Of a stretch of DNA of 64,000 bases, positions 1 through 14,291 are shown piece after piece. The stretch spans positions 109,101,781 to 109,165,780 of the forward strand of contig NC_068983.1 in NCBI RefSeq assembly GCF_001194135.2, read 5' to 3'. The notes under the pieces are model-generated. The model saw nothing but the letters and a program-made list of their open reading frames with translations. It did not search any database and had not been told where the DNA came from. This DNA comes from Octopus bimaculoides (taxonomy: Eukaryota). How positions within the stretch are numbered: the first letter of the stretch is position 1; the number at the start of each line of letters is the position of its first letter. A program made the position numbers and the translations under genes.

Positions 1-33
<33 letters not shown>

Positions 34-176
34 TTAAATATACGATAAAATCTTTATAAGAATTTATCAAGTAGTTAGCGTGAAAAACCTCATAAGGGAA
101 ACATTTATTAATTATTCCCTATAAATATATTTATTTATATTAAGGGCATTACTATACATAAATGCCCTTAATATAA

Positions 177-222
<46 letters not shown>

Positions 223-315
223 GCTTAAATATATACACATACATATATATATATATATAAATATTATATATATATAAATATACCTTACATATCTTTATAA
301 ACATATATATATGTA

Positions 316-1593
316 CAGTGGGGGGAAATAAATATTTGTACATGTCAAAATTATTTATTTATTTAATTTCTAATGAACATAAATGGGATATACCAATACT
401 GTATTTGCATACACATGCATAAACTAAGAATATGCAAAAGAAACTAATAAATTATGGTAAATAATGAATTTATATACAGTTATAAATATTTAGGGGTGAG
501 AAAAGTATTCATACAGAAGAAATTTATGAGTTTCTATGCCACAAAATACTGTTAAAATAATTTTTTTTTACTAGAACTTTCTCGTTTGTTCCAATAATCT
601 TATCAGTAGTCATTTTTAAGTGTCAAAACGCTAGCTTCTTCATTCAGCACTGTGACAACATAAAGTAGTGTCGTAATAATGGCAAAAAGTAAAGAACTCA
701 CAAATTCAGTGAAAAACTTAATTATTGAACAGTGGAAAGCAGGTAAAAGTCACAGGAAAATATCAGAGACCGTTGTGTTCCATTTTCTACCATATCTTCA
801 TTTATTCAAAGATATAAAAATTGGGAACTGTTGAAAACAGAATAAGATCCGGTGCACCACACAAGATTTCCCCTAGATCTTTAAGAAAAATGAAGCGAAG
901 AATCGAAAAAACGCAATGATCACCAGAAAGAAGATTTGTTAGCTTCAGGGTTACTAACAGCTTCAATGTTACACTACGAACAATCAGTAATGAACTTCAT
1001 AGGAATGAAGTGAAGTCATGCTCTCCTAGAAAAACTCCGCTGTTGACTAAAAGGCATAGAGATGCCCGTTATAAAATTTGTTTGTGAACATAAAGATAAA
1101 TCTGATACATTCTGGGAAAAGGTTCTATGGAGAGACGAGTCAAAAATTGAATTGTTTGGATGAAATTCGCATAGCCATGTTTGGAGGAAAGATGGCACCA
1201 CTTATTTGCTGAAAAACACAATTCCTACTGTAAAGTTTGGAGGTGGCAATATCATAGTGTGGGGATGTTTCTCTGCAAATGGCACTGGCAATTTACATGT
1301 AATAGATGGTAGAATGAATGCAGAGATGTACCAAAATATTTTGAACAATAATTCAAGGGACTCTGTAAAAAAGCTCCAGCTTTGTGAAGGGTGGGTTTTA
1401 CAACAGGATAACGACTCTAAGCACACGGCGAAGTCTACCAAAAAATGTATTGTCAATCACAATATAAAATTATTAGAATGGCCAAGCCAGTCACCTGACT
1501 TGAACCCCATTGAAAATTTGTGGCGTTATTTGAAAATTAAAATTCATTCAAGAGCCCCAACGTGCATTCCAGATTTGAAGAAAATTTGTCAAG
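316..1593 (+). mobile_element. Tc1-family DNA transposon (DD34E), frameshifted, 3' end lost in the N-gap
   Basis: TA followed by a CAGTGGGGGGAAATAAATATTTG terminus at 316. The transposase starts at ATG 679 (MAKSKELTNSVKNL...). Catalytic motifs are [16 protein letters not shown] and [15 protein letters not shown], with 34 residues between the second D and E. Frameshifts and stops are present. Confidence 0.9.
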
Positions 1594-2282
1594 NNNNNNN
1601 NNNNNNNNNNNNNNNNNNNNNNNNNNNNNNNNNNNNNNNNNNNNNNNNNNNNNNNNNNNNNNNNNNNNNNNNNNNNNNNNNNNNNNNNNNNNNNNNNNNN
1701 NNNNNNNNNNNNNNNNNNNNNNNNNNNNNNNNNNNNNNNNNNNNNNNNNNNNNNNNNNNNNNNNNNNNNNNNNNNNNNNNNNNNNNNNNNNNNNNNNNNN
1801 NNNNNNNNNNNNNNNNNNNNNNNNNNNNNNNNNNNNNNNNNNNNNNNNNNNNNNNNNNNNNNNNNNNNNNNNNNNNNNNNNNNNNNNNNNNNNNNNNNNN
1901 NNNNNNNNNNNNNNNNNNNNNNNNNNNNNNNNNNNNNNNNNNNNNNNNNNNNNNNNNNNNNNNNNNNNNNNNNNNNNNNNNNNNNNNNNNNNNNNNNNNN
2001 NNNNNNNNNNNNNNNNNNNNNNNNNNNNNNNNNNNNNNNNNNNNNNNNNNNNNNNNNNNNNNNNNNNNNNNNNNNNNNNNNNNNNNNNNNNNNNNNNNNN
2101 NNNNNNNNNNNNNNNNNNNNNNNNNNNNNNNNNNNNNNNNNNNNNNNNNNNNNNNNNNNNNNNNNNNNNNNNNNNNNNNNNNNNNNNNNNNNNNNNNNNN
2201 NNNNNNNNNNNNNNNNNNNNNNNNNNNNATATAAATATATATATATATATATATATAGTAATACCTATATATATATATGCCA

Positions 2283-3725
2283 CTATGAAAGGTTGCTCAA
2301 TAAAGAGAATGAATGGGAGAAAGAGAGTCTGCCGAATGTCGACCCAACAAAGGGACCAGCTATCTGAGTTGACAGTACTTTGGTAGATAAAGCAATCAAG
2401 ATTATGAAGACAGGGAAAACCCCCAGCCCATCAGGAATCACTGCAGAGATGCTCAAAATATCTGGCAGTGTCAGCTATAGCCTAGTCACCCATATAGTTA
2501 ACCAGGTGATACACGAAGGAATCATACCCAATGACTGGTGTAGCAGCACCATAGTCAACTACTACAAAGGTAAAGGTGACACTTTAAATACAAATAATTA
2601 CAGAGGTATAAAGTTGGATCAGGTAATGAAGGTTACGGAGAGGGTCACAGCCCAAATAATTAGGGAGGGAGTCAGTTTAGATGAGATGCAGTTTGGGTTT
2701 GTGCCAGGGAAAAGCACTACTGATGCTATATTTCTGGTGAGACAGCTTCAGGAGAAATACCTAGTCAAAGATAAACCTCTGTACCTGGCTTTCGTTGACA
2801 TGGAGAAAGCCTTTGACAGGGTCCCTCGATCTGGTAGTCAATGAGGAAACTAGGGATAGATGAATGGTTAGTGAGAGCTGTGCTAGCCATGTACAGAGAC
2901 GCTGTCAGTAAGGTGAGGGTTGGCAACGAGTAGGGGTCCACCAAGGTTCAGTCCTTAGCCATCTCCTATTTATCATAGTCTTCCAGGCAATAACACAGGA
3001 ATTCAAGACAGTATGCCCCTGGGAGCTCCTCTATGCTGATGACATTGTTCTGATAGCTGAGTCACTATCAGAACTAGAGGAGAAGTTTCAGGTGTGGAAG
3101 CAAGGATTAGAATTGAAGGGCCTTAGAGTCAACCTAGCTAAAACCAAAGTACTAATAAGTAGGAAGGCAGACAAACCACAAATCCCTTCAGGTAGATGGC
3201 CCTGCTTGATCTGTAGAAAAGGCATAGGTAGAAACTCTATAAGATGTACCCAGTGTAAGCTATAGACACATAAGAGGTGGAGCAATATCAAAGGAAGGCT
3301 AACTGGAAAGATAGATTTTGTATGTGGCAGATGCTCAGGATTAATAAACACTGAAAATGTGCAGAGAACAACTTCTGCCACATTCCAGGGAGAAAAACTA
3401 GAAGTAGTTAATAGCTTCCATTATCTAGGTGACCACATCATTAGCAGGGCTGGGTGCACTGAAAGTGAAGCTGCTAGAATAAGAATAACTTGGGCAAAGT
3501 TCAGAGAGCTCCTACCTCTTCTGGTGACAAAGGGCCTCTCTCTCTGAGTAAAAGGTAGACTGTATGACGCATGTGTATGAACAGCCATGCTACATGGCAG
3601 TGAAATATGGGCCATGACTGCTGAGGACATGCGTAAGCCTGCAACGAATGAAGCCAGTGTGCTTTGCTGGATGTGTAATGTCAGTGTGCTTACTTGACAG
3701 AGTGTAAGTACCTTGAGAGAAAAGT
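2283..3725 (+). mobile_element. RTE-clade LINE fragment (reverse transcriptase region), decayed
   Basis: Translates to KTPSPSGITAEMLK, NNYRGIKL, QFGFVPGKSTTDAIFLVRQLQEK, AFVDMEKAFDRVPR, LYADDI (~3032-3043) and FHYLG, with stops and frameshifts. Confidence 0.9.
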
Positions 3726-3824
3726 TGGAATTTTTGCAGTTAAAAAATTATATATATATAATGCTACATCTTCATTTCCTGTATTTTAATTTGCATTTAT
3801 ACACACACACACACACACACATGG

Positions 3825-3863
<39 letters not shown>

Positions 3864-3949
3864 GCTGGTTCTGCAATTTCTTGCTGAACAACCTGCACAA
3901 ATGATCTGATTCTGATGATAAAATTTATGTACTGTACATTACATTAGCT

Positions 3950-4140
3950 CACTCTCTCCATCAAATTGACATTATCTGAACAGGTGCACGGTGTTCCACA
4001 CGTCAGGTGTTTAAGGTGTGTTTTCAAAGCAATGAGAGATTAATTGTTTTACTGAAGAATACAACATACACCTGGTCCAGGAATTGAAACCACAATTGTG
4101 AGTGCAACACCCTAACTACTAGGCTATGTGCCACCACTCC
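3950..4140 (-). mobile_element. tRNA-derived SINE fragment
   Basis: The reverse complement begins with a tRNA-like head (TAGTAGTTAGGGTG...GGTTTCAATTCCTGG) and resembles the other SINE copies in the window. Confidence 0.5.
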
Positions 4141-5283
4141 TTTCTCTAGCACATACACACACTTACATATATACATATATATACACACACAAATTAACAA
4201 ACCGATATAGTATGCTTTTGTATTTTACACTGTTTGTCATAATAAATTCTTATAAAGATGTTATTTTAGTGTAAAATGTCCAAGATATAGTATTAAAATG
4301 CATAAGACTTCAAGCATTCTTTAGATTATGCTCTATTATTTAAGACTGAGGCAATATCATCTTATCCTTCTTTATTTAACAAACAGCTGAAACTGTGGGG
4401 AGAATCATAGTTTTCACTCAAGATTTCCTTTGTGGATATGGTGTTGGTAATGTGCATCATTCTGTTCAGTCAAAGGAAGAAAATCTAATCAAATTTTTGT
4501 CGATCTCCTTGAATGTTCAAAAGCAATAATTTTATTTTTGTAACCATTATATCTACATTTGAACAAAATCACTGCATCGTTTTAGATGGAAATATATCTA
4601 TAACCTCTATTATTCTTCTGAATTTATGATTAGTAAAGAGTGCAGAGAAACCTGAACTGCTTTAATCATTTGCAACTTGTTTTAAATATGTATATATACA
4701 TACATATACATGCATACACCCATACAAACTTTTATGTGTATGTGTGTGTGTCTATGTTGGTGACTATTTTATGTTTAAACTAATCTAAATATCAGAGTTG
4801 TGTATGATGTGTTTCTTTATATCTTGTATCCTGCAGTTTGACAAATAGAAATCGATAAATTAATTACCAGTAACTGAAATAAAGATCTGGGATCAATATG
4901 ATTGACTGTGATTGTAAATGAAAGCAGTAAATAAATACATTATATGTATGTATGTATGTATGCATGCAGGCATGTATATAGCAAGACAAGAGACAGAAAG
5001 CAACAGAACGAAGTGGGAGAGATGCCTGGCAGAATTGATTGGACAAGAAACAAAATACTAAGAGATATTTAGTGACATCTCTTCATATTTTCTGCTCCAT
5101 TATTTTACTTTTATTTTTGGGAATCAAAAAATATATACCACCAAAGAACCGAAAATGATAATTGACTACACGCATTCTCACAAAATATATGTGCTGTAAA
5201 CAACATGGTTAGCTGGGTGATATTTTTTTTCCTGTATAACACTAAAGTGATCAATATACACTAGCTGAAAGTTTCGTAGGTCA

Positions 5284-5319
<36 letters not shown>

Positions 5320-5999
5320 ATGTGTATGTGAGCATGTATATATTATAGTAAACACCTTATTGATTATACTTCATAATATCAAACTTCAAACTACAGAATA
5401 TTTTTTTGAAAATATCATGAGATGAACGAAAGAAACCCCACATCAATTATATCTCATGCTACACTTTGTATGAAAAAATATTGTCGCAGAAATAACGTAA
5501 AACTCAACTACAGCTGCTCAAGCTATCTGAAAAATGAAACTTAATGGCTAGAACAAGCCAGGCAAACTGTACTTTCAGAAAGACAAATGTGTTCCTCCTT
5601 AATCTGTCATACAACATTGAAACTGTCATTAATGAATCAGTAGTAATTTCAACCAGACTAATATTAGTACTTAAATTCAAACAAAATGATTTCAATCAAA
5701 ACTATTTCCTTCAGGAGCACAGAAATAAAAAGATAACCATACTGTTTAAATATGTCTGAACCATTACAGATTATATTACTGCATTCAACAAAACGTGGAA
5801 AGTACTTGTTATGTACAAACCACACAAAATTGAAACAAATATCTGTGGATTATGCACAGCCTCATACATATATGAACCTTAATAAATATACTGAGTTCTT
5901 TTATTCTTCTGTAATTATTTTACTATTTGCAGCATGAGAGCTTCAGCTATGCTGGGGCACCACCTTAGTTTTATTATGGCTTTATTCCTTGAAACCTCC

Positions 6000-6340
6000 T
6001 CTGATATACAGTATTTGGTGAATGAAGGAGTTTGATGTTGTTCTCCTCATTTGCATTTCCAGCTGTGAGGTAGATTCATCCAGAATTCTTGACAGGAGGA
6101 GACCAATTTTGTTTTGAAGACACATGCATCCACCCAATGTAGGTCCCTCAGGATTTTGGGGAAGATATTGAAGAGCTGTTGGCCCTCAAAACCCAAGCTG
6201 TTACAGGACCTGGTCTTGTATCTTGAAGGCAATATTGGGATGTTTGGCACTATGCAGTGGCATATTAATTTCCAGAGTACTGAAGTCCCAGATCAGAGAT
6301 GTTCAGTGAATGCTACCACTTCATTAAATACATGCTAAAA
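6000..6340 (-). mobile_element. CR1/L2/Jockey-like LINE ORF2 C-terminal fragment
   Basis: Minus-strand translation NSLGFEGQQLFNIFPKILRDLHWVDACVFKTKL resembles the typical LINE ORF2 C-terminal motif (L.N.LP...R...FK.KL). Confidence 0.55.
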
Positions 6341-8478
6341 AAATGATAAGCTATAATACTCTATCATAACTCAATAGATCAGCATACAGCTATTTCATGG
6401 AATACTCACTTGCATTTCCTTCTTTCTATAAACTTTAGTTTTAAACTCGGCAATGTCTCAGTAAATCTTTGCTTCCAAGTCAGTATATTAAAACATTTAA
6501 ACTCACAACTCCAACCTGGAAGTGAGATATTTCATTTCTAAAGAATTTTCAACTGGTTAAAGGCATATATTTAAACAATTTTTTCCTTAACTTCTATCAC
6601 CTTAAGGACATCATTTCAATTAAATTAAACCAGTTACAATTAAATAGTATTGTAACTTGTATGAGCTATGATTCCATCATTTATTTTATCAGCTAGATAT
6701 TTGTTATATTAAGATCTCAAATTTACATTTACATATTTCTGTTCTTAGTACAAGGAAAATATCTCAACCTTGTCTATTTATGATAAGGAGTTATTTACTT
6801 TGCTACAACTTAATCCAGTTACACACAACCAGAATTTTTGATCTTCATTGTAAATAATTGTTTCATAATCAAATGTAACAGTGTTTTGTGTAGTCAAGTT
6901 ACTTTAATTCATGTATGTCAGTTATATAAAGTTCCACATGATTAGCAACTATACAGACATTTGTACATGTCTTCTTTTGTTACAGGAGTTTTATGCACTT
7001 GTGAATAATCATATCATTTCTGACAAAAGCATTTCAGCACCATAGTTTCTATGGTAGTCAGCAATCACCTTTAGAATACAAGGATTATACTTTGAAAGCC
7101 AAATCAGTATTTTGCCTTATCTTTACATCATAAAATCATTTGCTGTCTGTATGTCAATAATAATTGCAATACATTTGTCATTCAGTTTGTTATGTACTTG
7201 TCAGCTTGTATTTGGAAACTCCAAATATTCTTCATATTATCTACTCATAAGGAAACTAAAAATCTAAACAAATATTACTAAACTTTACATTACCTTGCAA
7301 CTCATAGGCACAGAAATACTAATTTCAACTTTCTGAACAAATTTGAATTGAACTATTCTATAGTTATATAACTTGCTTATCAAAGTTATATAACAAGTTT
7401 CTACATCTTTTTAGCATGAGATAGTATAACCTGAGAAAAATATTAATTTAAAATTTACTCATTTCTTATATGACCTTGAGTTACTTTTACTTTATTTAGC
7501 AAAGGAGATTTAGATCACATTTTTCATTCTGCAATAAGATGATTAAGATATTCAGTAAAACAGAATTAGAGAACTCTTAGTTTTAATTAGGGGTCATTTT
7601 AATTGCTGCTTTTTATTTTCTTAGGAAATCTTTTATAACTAATTAATTATCCATTTGGGGTTATACTTGAAGATCTTGGATAACTGTAACATGACTTCTA
7701 AAAGATCTATGTATCGGTATTGTTTTAGTGTTTAAATATTTTCATGTGTTACCAATAACATCAAGCAAATAAGGGCTATAACGTTGATATCTGTTTTAAT
7801 CATAATTGTAATTATTAGTTATTTTGGCTGAATAAGTTTGGTTAATATATGATTGATTGATGGTGCACAGAAAATAAAACTCTGGCTATCTTATAAAAAT
7901 TCTCAAAGAAATGCATCATGACCATTCAAAAATTACAATAATAATACTATAGTTTCTAAAATACATACATTTACTTGCATATATCTCAAAAACAAATATA
8001 AATAGTTTATCAATTCAAATAAAATAAAATAAAATATTTTTCTTATTGATATAATTATAATGATTTTTTTCTACTTTAAGCACAAGGCCTGAAATTTGTG
8101 GGAGTGCTCAGCTGATACTTATTTTATCAATTCCAAAACAGATGAAAGATGAAGTCAGCCTCAGCAGAATTTTAACTCACTTTGTAAGCTGGATGAAATG
8201 CTGCCAAGCACCTTGTCCAAAGTGCTGACAATTCTGTCATCTCATATGAAAATAGATATAGCTCAAAGGAGATAAATAATGAAATTAGCTTTCAATGTTT
8301 TAACATCCAATTTTCTGTGCTTGCATGGATTAAATGAAATTAATTAAGGCAGATTTTGTTTGGCTGGATGCTCTTCCTGTTCCCATTTCTCACTTATTTC
8401 CAAGCATGACAATATTTTTCATAATCTTTTAAACATGTATAGCACAAAAGCCGAACATGACACCAGTTATATGACAGT

Positions 8479-8526
<48 letters not shown>

Positions 8527-8528
<2 letters not shown>

Positions 8529-8670
8529 TAGCTTCTTTCTGTTTCTGTCTGCCAAATCCAATCACAAGGATTTGACTGGCACACTTGCTCAAATTGCTAC
8601 ATGAAGTTTGAACCCCAAACTATGTGGCTCTGCAAAATGAACTTCTTATCCATGCAGCTATACTTGTGCC
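8527..8670 (-). mobile_element. tRNA-derived SINE fragment, same family as 19030-19304
   Basis: The reverse complement aligns by eye to 19030-19190 (CCACAT..GGTTC, CTTG.GCAAGTGT, TTGTGA.TGGATTTGG.AGAC.GAAAC). Confidence 0.55.
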
Positions 8671-8825
8671 TTCATTAGCAAATACATGATAAATAGTATA
8701 AGATATAAACATTTTACTGTAAACAGTATGCCACCAGCAACATGTGCAAATATAAATAATATAAACACATAAATTACATTAAACACACAACATTTGTGAC
8801 AGATAACATGCCATTAAGAACCCCA

Positions 8826-8865
<40 letters not shown>

Positions 8866-8866
<1 letters not shown>

Positions 8867-8933
8867 CTAGCACTCTGTCGGTTATGACGACGAGGGTTCC
8901 AGATGGTCTGATCAATGGAACAGCCTGCTCGTG
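8866..8933 (-). mobile_element. SINE fragment, same family as 36190-36495
   Basis: Shares GGTTCCAG.TG.TCTGAT.AATGGAACAGCCTGC with 36218-36250. Confidence 0.55.
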
Positions 8934-9818
8934 AGAAGGAAAAAGGCCAAGAAGGTTGATGCAAGAAGTGGAATAAGAAGAGAAAGTAAAAGTAAGAAAA
9001 CCAAGATCTTCATCTTCTTTGACTGTAGAAAGCATAATGTAGCCAGTGAAGAATGCTACAGAAAGAAGGCTAAAGTCTGTGAGACAGGCACTCAGTCTGG
9101 GGCAGGTGGTATCCTCCAGTTTGACAAAAGAAGCTTGTACAAGTGCTTGCATATGCTAAAAATTTTGGGTCTGGAATTAAGTAGTGTGGAGGGATTGTTG
9201 GACTTAAAAAGAATGCGCAACCTTTAGATATTGAATTACTAATAGGTTCAGTCAAGAGGGAAGCCAGTACCTCTAACTCTTTATAAGGCCTCCTTGAACC
9301 TCCATGAACCCAAGGTAATAAAATGTACATTAAATCACTACAGTTGATAAGCTCCCTTGTTAACCTTAGGCTGCTCTGTGCACATTTTTCTATCTTAGAT
9401 TCATATTTTTAAAGCATCTAATTTAATTTAGAGTTTATAATCGAAAATTTTAACCAAGTTTTCATTAACATGTGGTACTAAAATTAATATGAAAGGACTT
9501 TTCAAAATTATGATAACATTGGGAATTCCAGAAGTGAAAAATATGTTAAATGAGGAATGATAAAAAAAATATCATGAAATGATTTTTATATAACTTAATT
9601 TAACTTAGGATTATGTGTAATCAAATATCAGAAATATCATGTGCCAGACTAAAGAGATATAAATATATAAATAATGTGTGTGTGTGTGTGTGTGTGAGCA
9701 CGCATGTGTGTGTGCATGTGCATGTGTGTGTACAAAGGTGTGGATACATGCATGTGTGTGAGCAGATTCATGTGTATGTGTACATATGTATATATATATG
9801 TGAGTGTATATATGTATG

Positions 9819-9861
<43 letters not shown>

Positions 9862-10424
9862 AATAATTTTATATTCAGTTATAGATCTTGTAGTATCCTG
9901 TTAAAAGCCCATTCACAGTATTCAACTACCTGATGTCAAAAGCTGTATGGAGGTATATGCCACTGGATTTACTTCAGAAATTTCTTTGTGTCCACCAATC
10001 ACCTCCTTTCCACATCTTCTTCACCCCCACTGTACTGCTTTCCACTTGCCATCACCTTCAATGCCCTCACTGCACACCCCACCTAGCCCTGAGCCTCTCC
10101 TATATTTCTCTCCATTATTTGCTACAATCACCACATATTACCCATTCACCCAGCCCAAACCTCTGTTTCACCTCACCTACTTCCACCACCTCGAATTCCC
10201 TCTAAAGAATGTCCTGAGACATGTTCACCATCATCTCCTCTCACTATTGCTCTCTTTATCTTAATCTGTAACTCACTCTCCTTTGTTTTCCAACAGGGAT
10301 AACCATGTAACTACGGTACAGCAAGACACCTATATCTGTCCCTTCTCTATACCTTATATTTCTCGACTGACACAAAGTCATACACTCTCAATATTACTTA
10401 CCCCTCCCAGATGAGGGTCTTTCT

Positions 10425-10682
10425 CTCACAAGTTACTTGGTGACCCTGACAATGTTAGTGCCATGTAAAAAGCACTGGTGCTGGTGCCACATAAAAAAGC
10501 ACTGGTGCCGATGCCATATAAAAAGCACCTTGTACACTCTGTAAAGTGGTTGACATTAGAAAGAGCGTTCAGTTGTAGAAATCATGCCAAAATGGACACT
10601 GGAACCTGGAGCATCTCCTGGCCTTGCCAGCTCCTGTTAAACCCATGCCAGCATGGGAAACAGATGTTAAAGGATGAGGATA
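10425..10682 (+). mobile_element. RTE LINE 3' UTR / tail-derived repeat
   Basis: About three tandem ~26-bp units (GCCATGTAAAAAGCACTGGTGCTGGT), then the family tail (ACACTCTGTAAAGTGGTTG...CCCATGCCAGCATGG...GTTAAA) shared with 39420-39720, 47931-48447 and 56370-56963. Confidence 0.7.
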
Positions 10683-13600
10683 ATGAGTATGTGTGTGTGT
10701 GTGTGCACTTGTGCATGTGTGTAAGTGTGGGTGTGCATACATGGATATGTGTATGAGTGTCTATGTTTATGCATATGTGTGCATCTTCATGTTTGTATTC
10801 GATTCTTCCTGTTTGACTTACATTTTTGGCTTTGTGCTCATAAGTTAGTGATTCAGCTAAAAGCAGCCAATGAATTGTATCCTTGGAGAGGCATTTCATG
10901 GATAGAAAAAGCGACATAATTGTTTTTAAGACTAATGAATACAAAAATTGATTATGTAAAGGAAATATAAGAAATAACAGACAACCACAATCTAGCATTA
11001 TAAAAAAAATTTTTGAAAGAACAAGATTAATTAAGAATGTATCATAATTATTAAGTGGATAAAAATGAAAGCCAAATGAAATCATAAACATTACTTTGTT
11101 AATATGTACTTTAAATTATACTGAAAGTATGATTTTCAATTCTAAATTGGCAGTTTTGTAAAGGTGTTTATTTTTATAAGTATTTAGCTAAATTATTAGT
11201 TAACTAGTTATTTCACATAACAAATGTAATGTCTGCAATGCAGTCACACTGAATATGTTGCACAGGCCAGCTGCAGCCATAACAAATTAAATATTTGACA
11301 AATTTTTCTGAGCCAGATTAATATTTTCATGAATTTTTATAGAAGCGCATTAAGTAGATTTTATATTATATCAAAGAACAAGTATTCAGGGATGGATGCA
11401 AACTATCTGATGGGCATATGGACAAAAATACAAATAATAAAAATAAAACAAAATTACAGTGAATAAAATCAATCTGCCATTCATTTAAACATTACTATTA
11501 GTAACTATCATAATTATTCAAAAACCCGAAATCCTTCTATTTCAGAACCATAAGACACTAATATTTTTCATGAAACTGAAATCCCCTATAATGCAGTTCA
11601 ACAATGGCAGACAAGAAGTATTCCAGTTCTTTAGTGAGCTACGTGAAGAAAATTGCTTCTTATATAAAAATAATTAAGTAACCAACAGCAATGGAAAATG
11701 AAAGTATTGGAGAACGTTATAATCTAACAACAGAAATTAACAAATATGGTAATGCTAGAACTATCTAACACAGCAAACCTGTATGCCCTGAATATTTTTT
11801 GCAAGTCTGTGATTCCATAAAATATGCATAACAATAATAAAAATATTGGATTGCAACAAAAAGAAAGCATCAAATAGAAACAGAGTATGCCAGGAAAATC
11901 TGACAATACCACTGAAAGAATGAAAACAACAAACAAACAAAAACGAGAGAGATGTTATTTTGAATAGCAATACAAATAAGATGTCTATTTATCTTTATGA
12001 AATATAAATTGTGTAAGGTACCTCTGAAAACGACTGACATCTGCTGTCAAAACAGAAAAGAACTACTGTATAAGAAACAAAAAATAATGAAATAGACTAA
12101 AACTATATTTAATATTATTAATATCATGTTTATAGAGAATTATATATTTTGAATGTAATACAATTGCTCTTTGAAGGACAATTCAAACTATTGCTTGCTT
12201 AAACCAATGCTCAACATTTATAGCTGACCCACATCAATCAAGAAAAGAAGGAAGGAGACAACAAAGAACAACAAATAGAAATGTTAAACATTTTATATGT
12301 ATATGTAATTCCAAACAAGTATTTCTACTAAAAGTGAGGCAGATTCCATCTACACAGCAAAACAAAAGCTGATAATCGACTAATTTTTTGTTTATTGTAC
12401 ACATAAAGATATCAAAAGTGTAAATTGAATAGTTATACAAAGAATTTACAATGAAAATAAATAACAGAACTTAGACAATTTTCCAGTTCTGAAAAATGTC
12501 ATAATATATTTATATATAAAAATAGTCTCTTCATGATTTAAAATAAAAACCACCCCCTCATATTTAATTGATTCATTCTGAATATAATTGATATGTAGTT
12601 TCTTAGTGTTAAAAGTGGAAAGAAAAGAAAAGTGTAAAGGAAATACAAATTCCATGAATAGGTAATAAGTTTGTGAATGTTACTTGTAGAAAACTGACAT
12701 CTTAACTAGTGAGAAGATTTATCTCTTATTTGCTTAATGTATCTGGATTTGAAGCTACATATGAACATTATGAATCGTAGGGTTCAATTCAAATATGAAG
12801 ACAATGAAAGATTTAAAGTAATTCCAGAAAATAGCATGCACATAATTATAACATAGAAAGATATTTAACCATGGTATCAGTTTAGATCGATGGATAAATT
12901 GAGAAAACACTGAAAGACATGAATAAATAGAAACATTTATGCTTAGTAATAAGATAGTATAATGGAAACAGCATTTCTCCCAATTGCAAATATATACACC
13001 TCTTTGTATTAACTTCAACCATCACTGATTATAGACTTGTCGTTCTAAATTTTTCCTTCTGGAATACTGGTTTTCTTCATATTTTTTTTAATCATTTTTT
13101 CCAGTTTCTTTACTTTTCTATAAGAAATGCATGCAAAATTTTAAAATTGCAATTAGTGACATGCAATGTTTCGACAAAAAATTAAACAACTTACATGCAA
13201 CAAAAAATTATTTTATTTCTTCTTGTTTTTTAAATATAATTTTATATAAAGGCATATAACTTGTAATTCTTTTTCATTAGTAGTGAAAATTCTTTTTCAC
13301 TATGTTATTTATGACAGTTAACCTCATCAGCAACCCAAAGCTTGTGTCCAAATAAGACAAACTTGCTTAAGTGCTCACATGGAAGAACAAATATTTTTAA
13401 CTTGCAATTTCCAGTTCACATACAAATCTAAGGTTTTTAACATGAATAATTTTAAATTGAATACATGCAAAAAGAATGAAGAATTTCTTAATCTAAATTA
13501 AAACTGGCCATAATATTTCTAGAGAAATCATAATCATTCAGGATATGTTGGTAATTTTTTTATGTTCACATGAGCTAAAGGGTTTTGAATCACTACACTA

Positions 13601-14243
13601 TACCCCAGTAAATATTTATTATTCTTTTTCTGATCTTTCAGCCTTATATATCAGCACTCACACCCTAATTTCAAGTTACTGCTTGTCAACTCTTAATCCT
13701 AAAATCCTGTGTCTTTGACGATCAACAAAGGACATTTATTTGTTTATAGTCTTCAAAAGTTCTTCATATAAAATTATTATGCACACTTTCTTTTGACAGT
13801 TTATATTTCAAATTCATAGAGCTTTATCTATGAAGTAATACTAATTGTATTTACTATACAGTTTATTCTACTAGTGCTATCCACAAATCATAGGTCTCGA
13901 TATTGTAAAAGTCGAATACAAGCATTATTCATCTATTTATTTACACATGGGAATATATCTTTATTGCAGACAAAGGTATCTGCTCACTACAAAACAAACA
14001 ATTAAAAATGGAGCCTCAAACCCAAAAAAACCTTAATATGAACAATTAGCATGCTAAAAGACATTTCATCAGGAAAAAAATAATTTATATCAATAATTAT
14101 AAATGAAAATGTTTCAATTCAAGTGAAAATAATAACTAGCCATCATTATTCATTTAGTAGTGGACACATACAAATTTATGCAAATAGAGTTCACTTATTA
14201 CATAGTAATATCACCTCCAGGTGGTTTTCAAGTGGTTACTATA

Positions 14244-14281
<38 letters not shown>

Positions 14282-14291
14282 NNNNNNNNNN

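Noticed and set aside
3030-3075. CTGATGA in the RTE RT, and similar cores at ~13324, 31729, 42196, 47838, 51153, 58245 and 60848
   Set aside because: None has a paired stem II followed by GAAA, stem III and NUH with a complementary stem I. The 3030 hit is simply the YADD codons.
5544-5882. ~110-codon frame with one internal stop (MARTSQANC...YEP)
   Set aside because: No recognisable motif; ORFs of this length are expected by chance in a window this size.
10455-10530. Three ~26-bp direct repeats that superficially resemble a mini CRISPR array
   Set aside because: The units are adjacent with no unique spacers, lie in an RTE 3' UTR, and have no cas genes nearby; the context is eukaryotic.
11500-12400. 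Protein-like fragments in several frames (KPEILLFQNHK..., LTHINQEKKEGDNKEQ...)
   Set aside because: Stops occur in every frame, and the resemblance to RLE-LINE C-termini is too weak to call.
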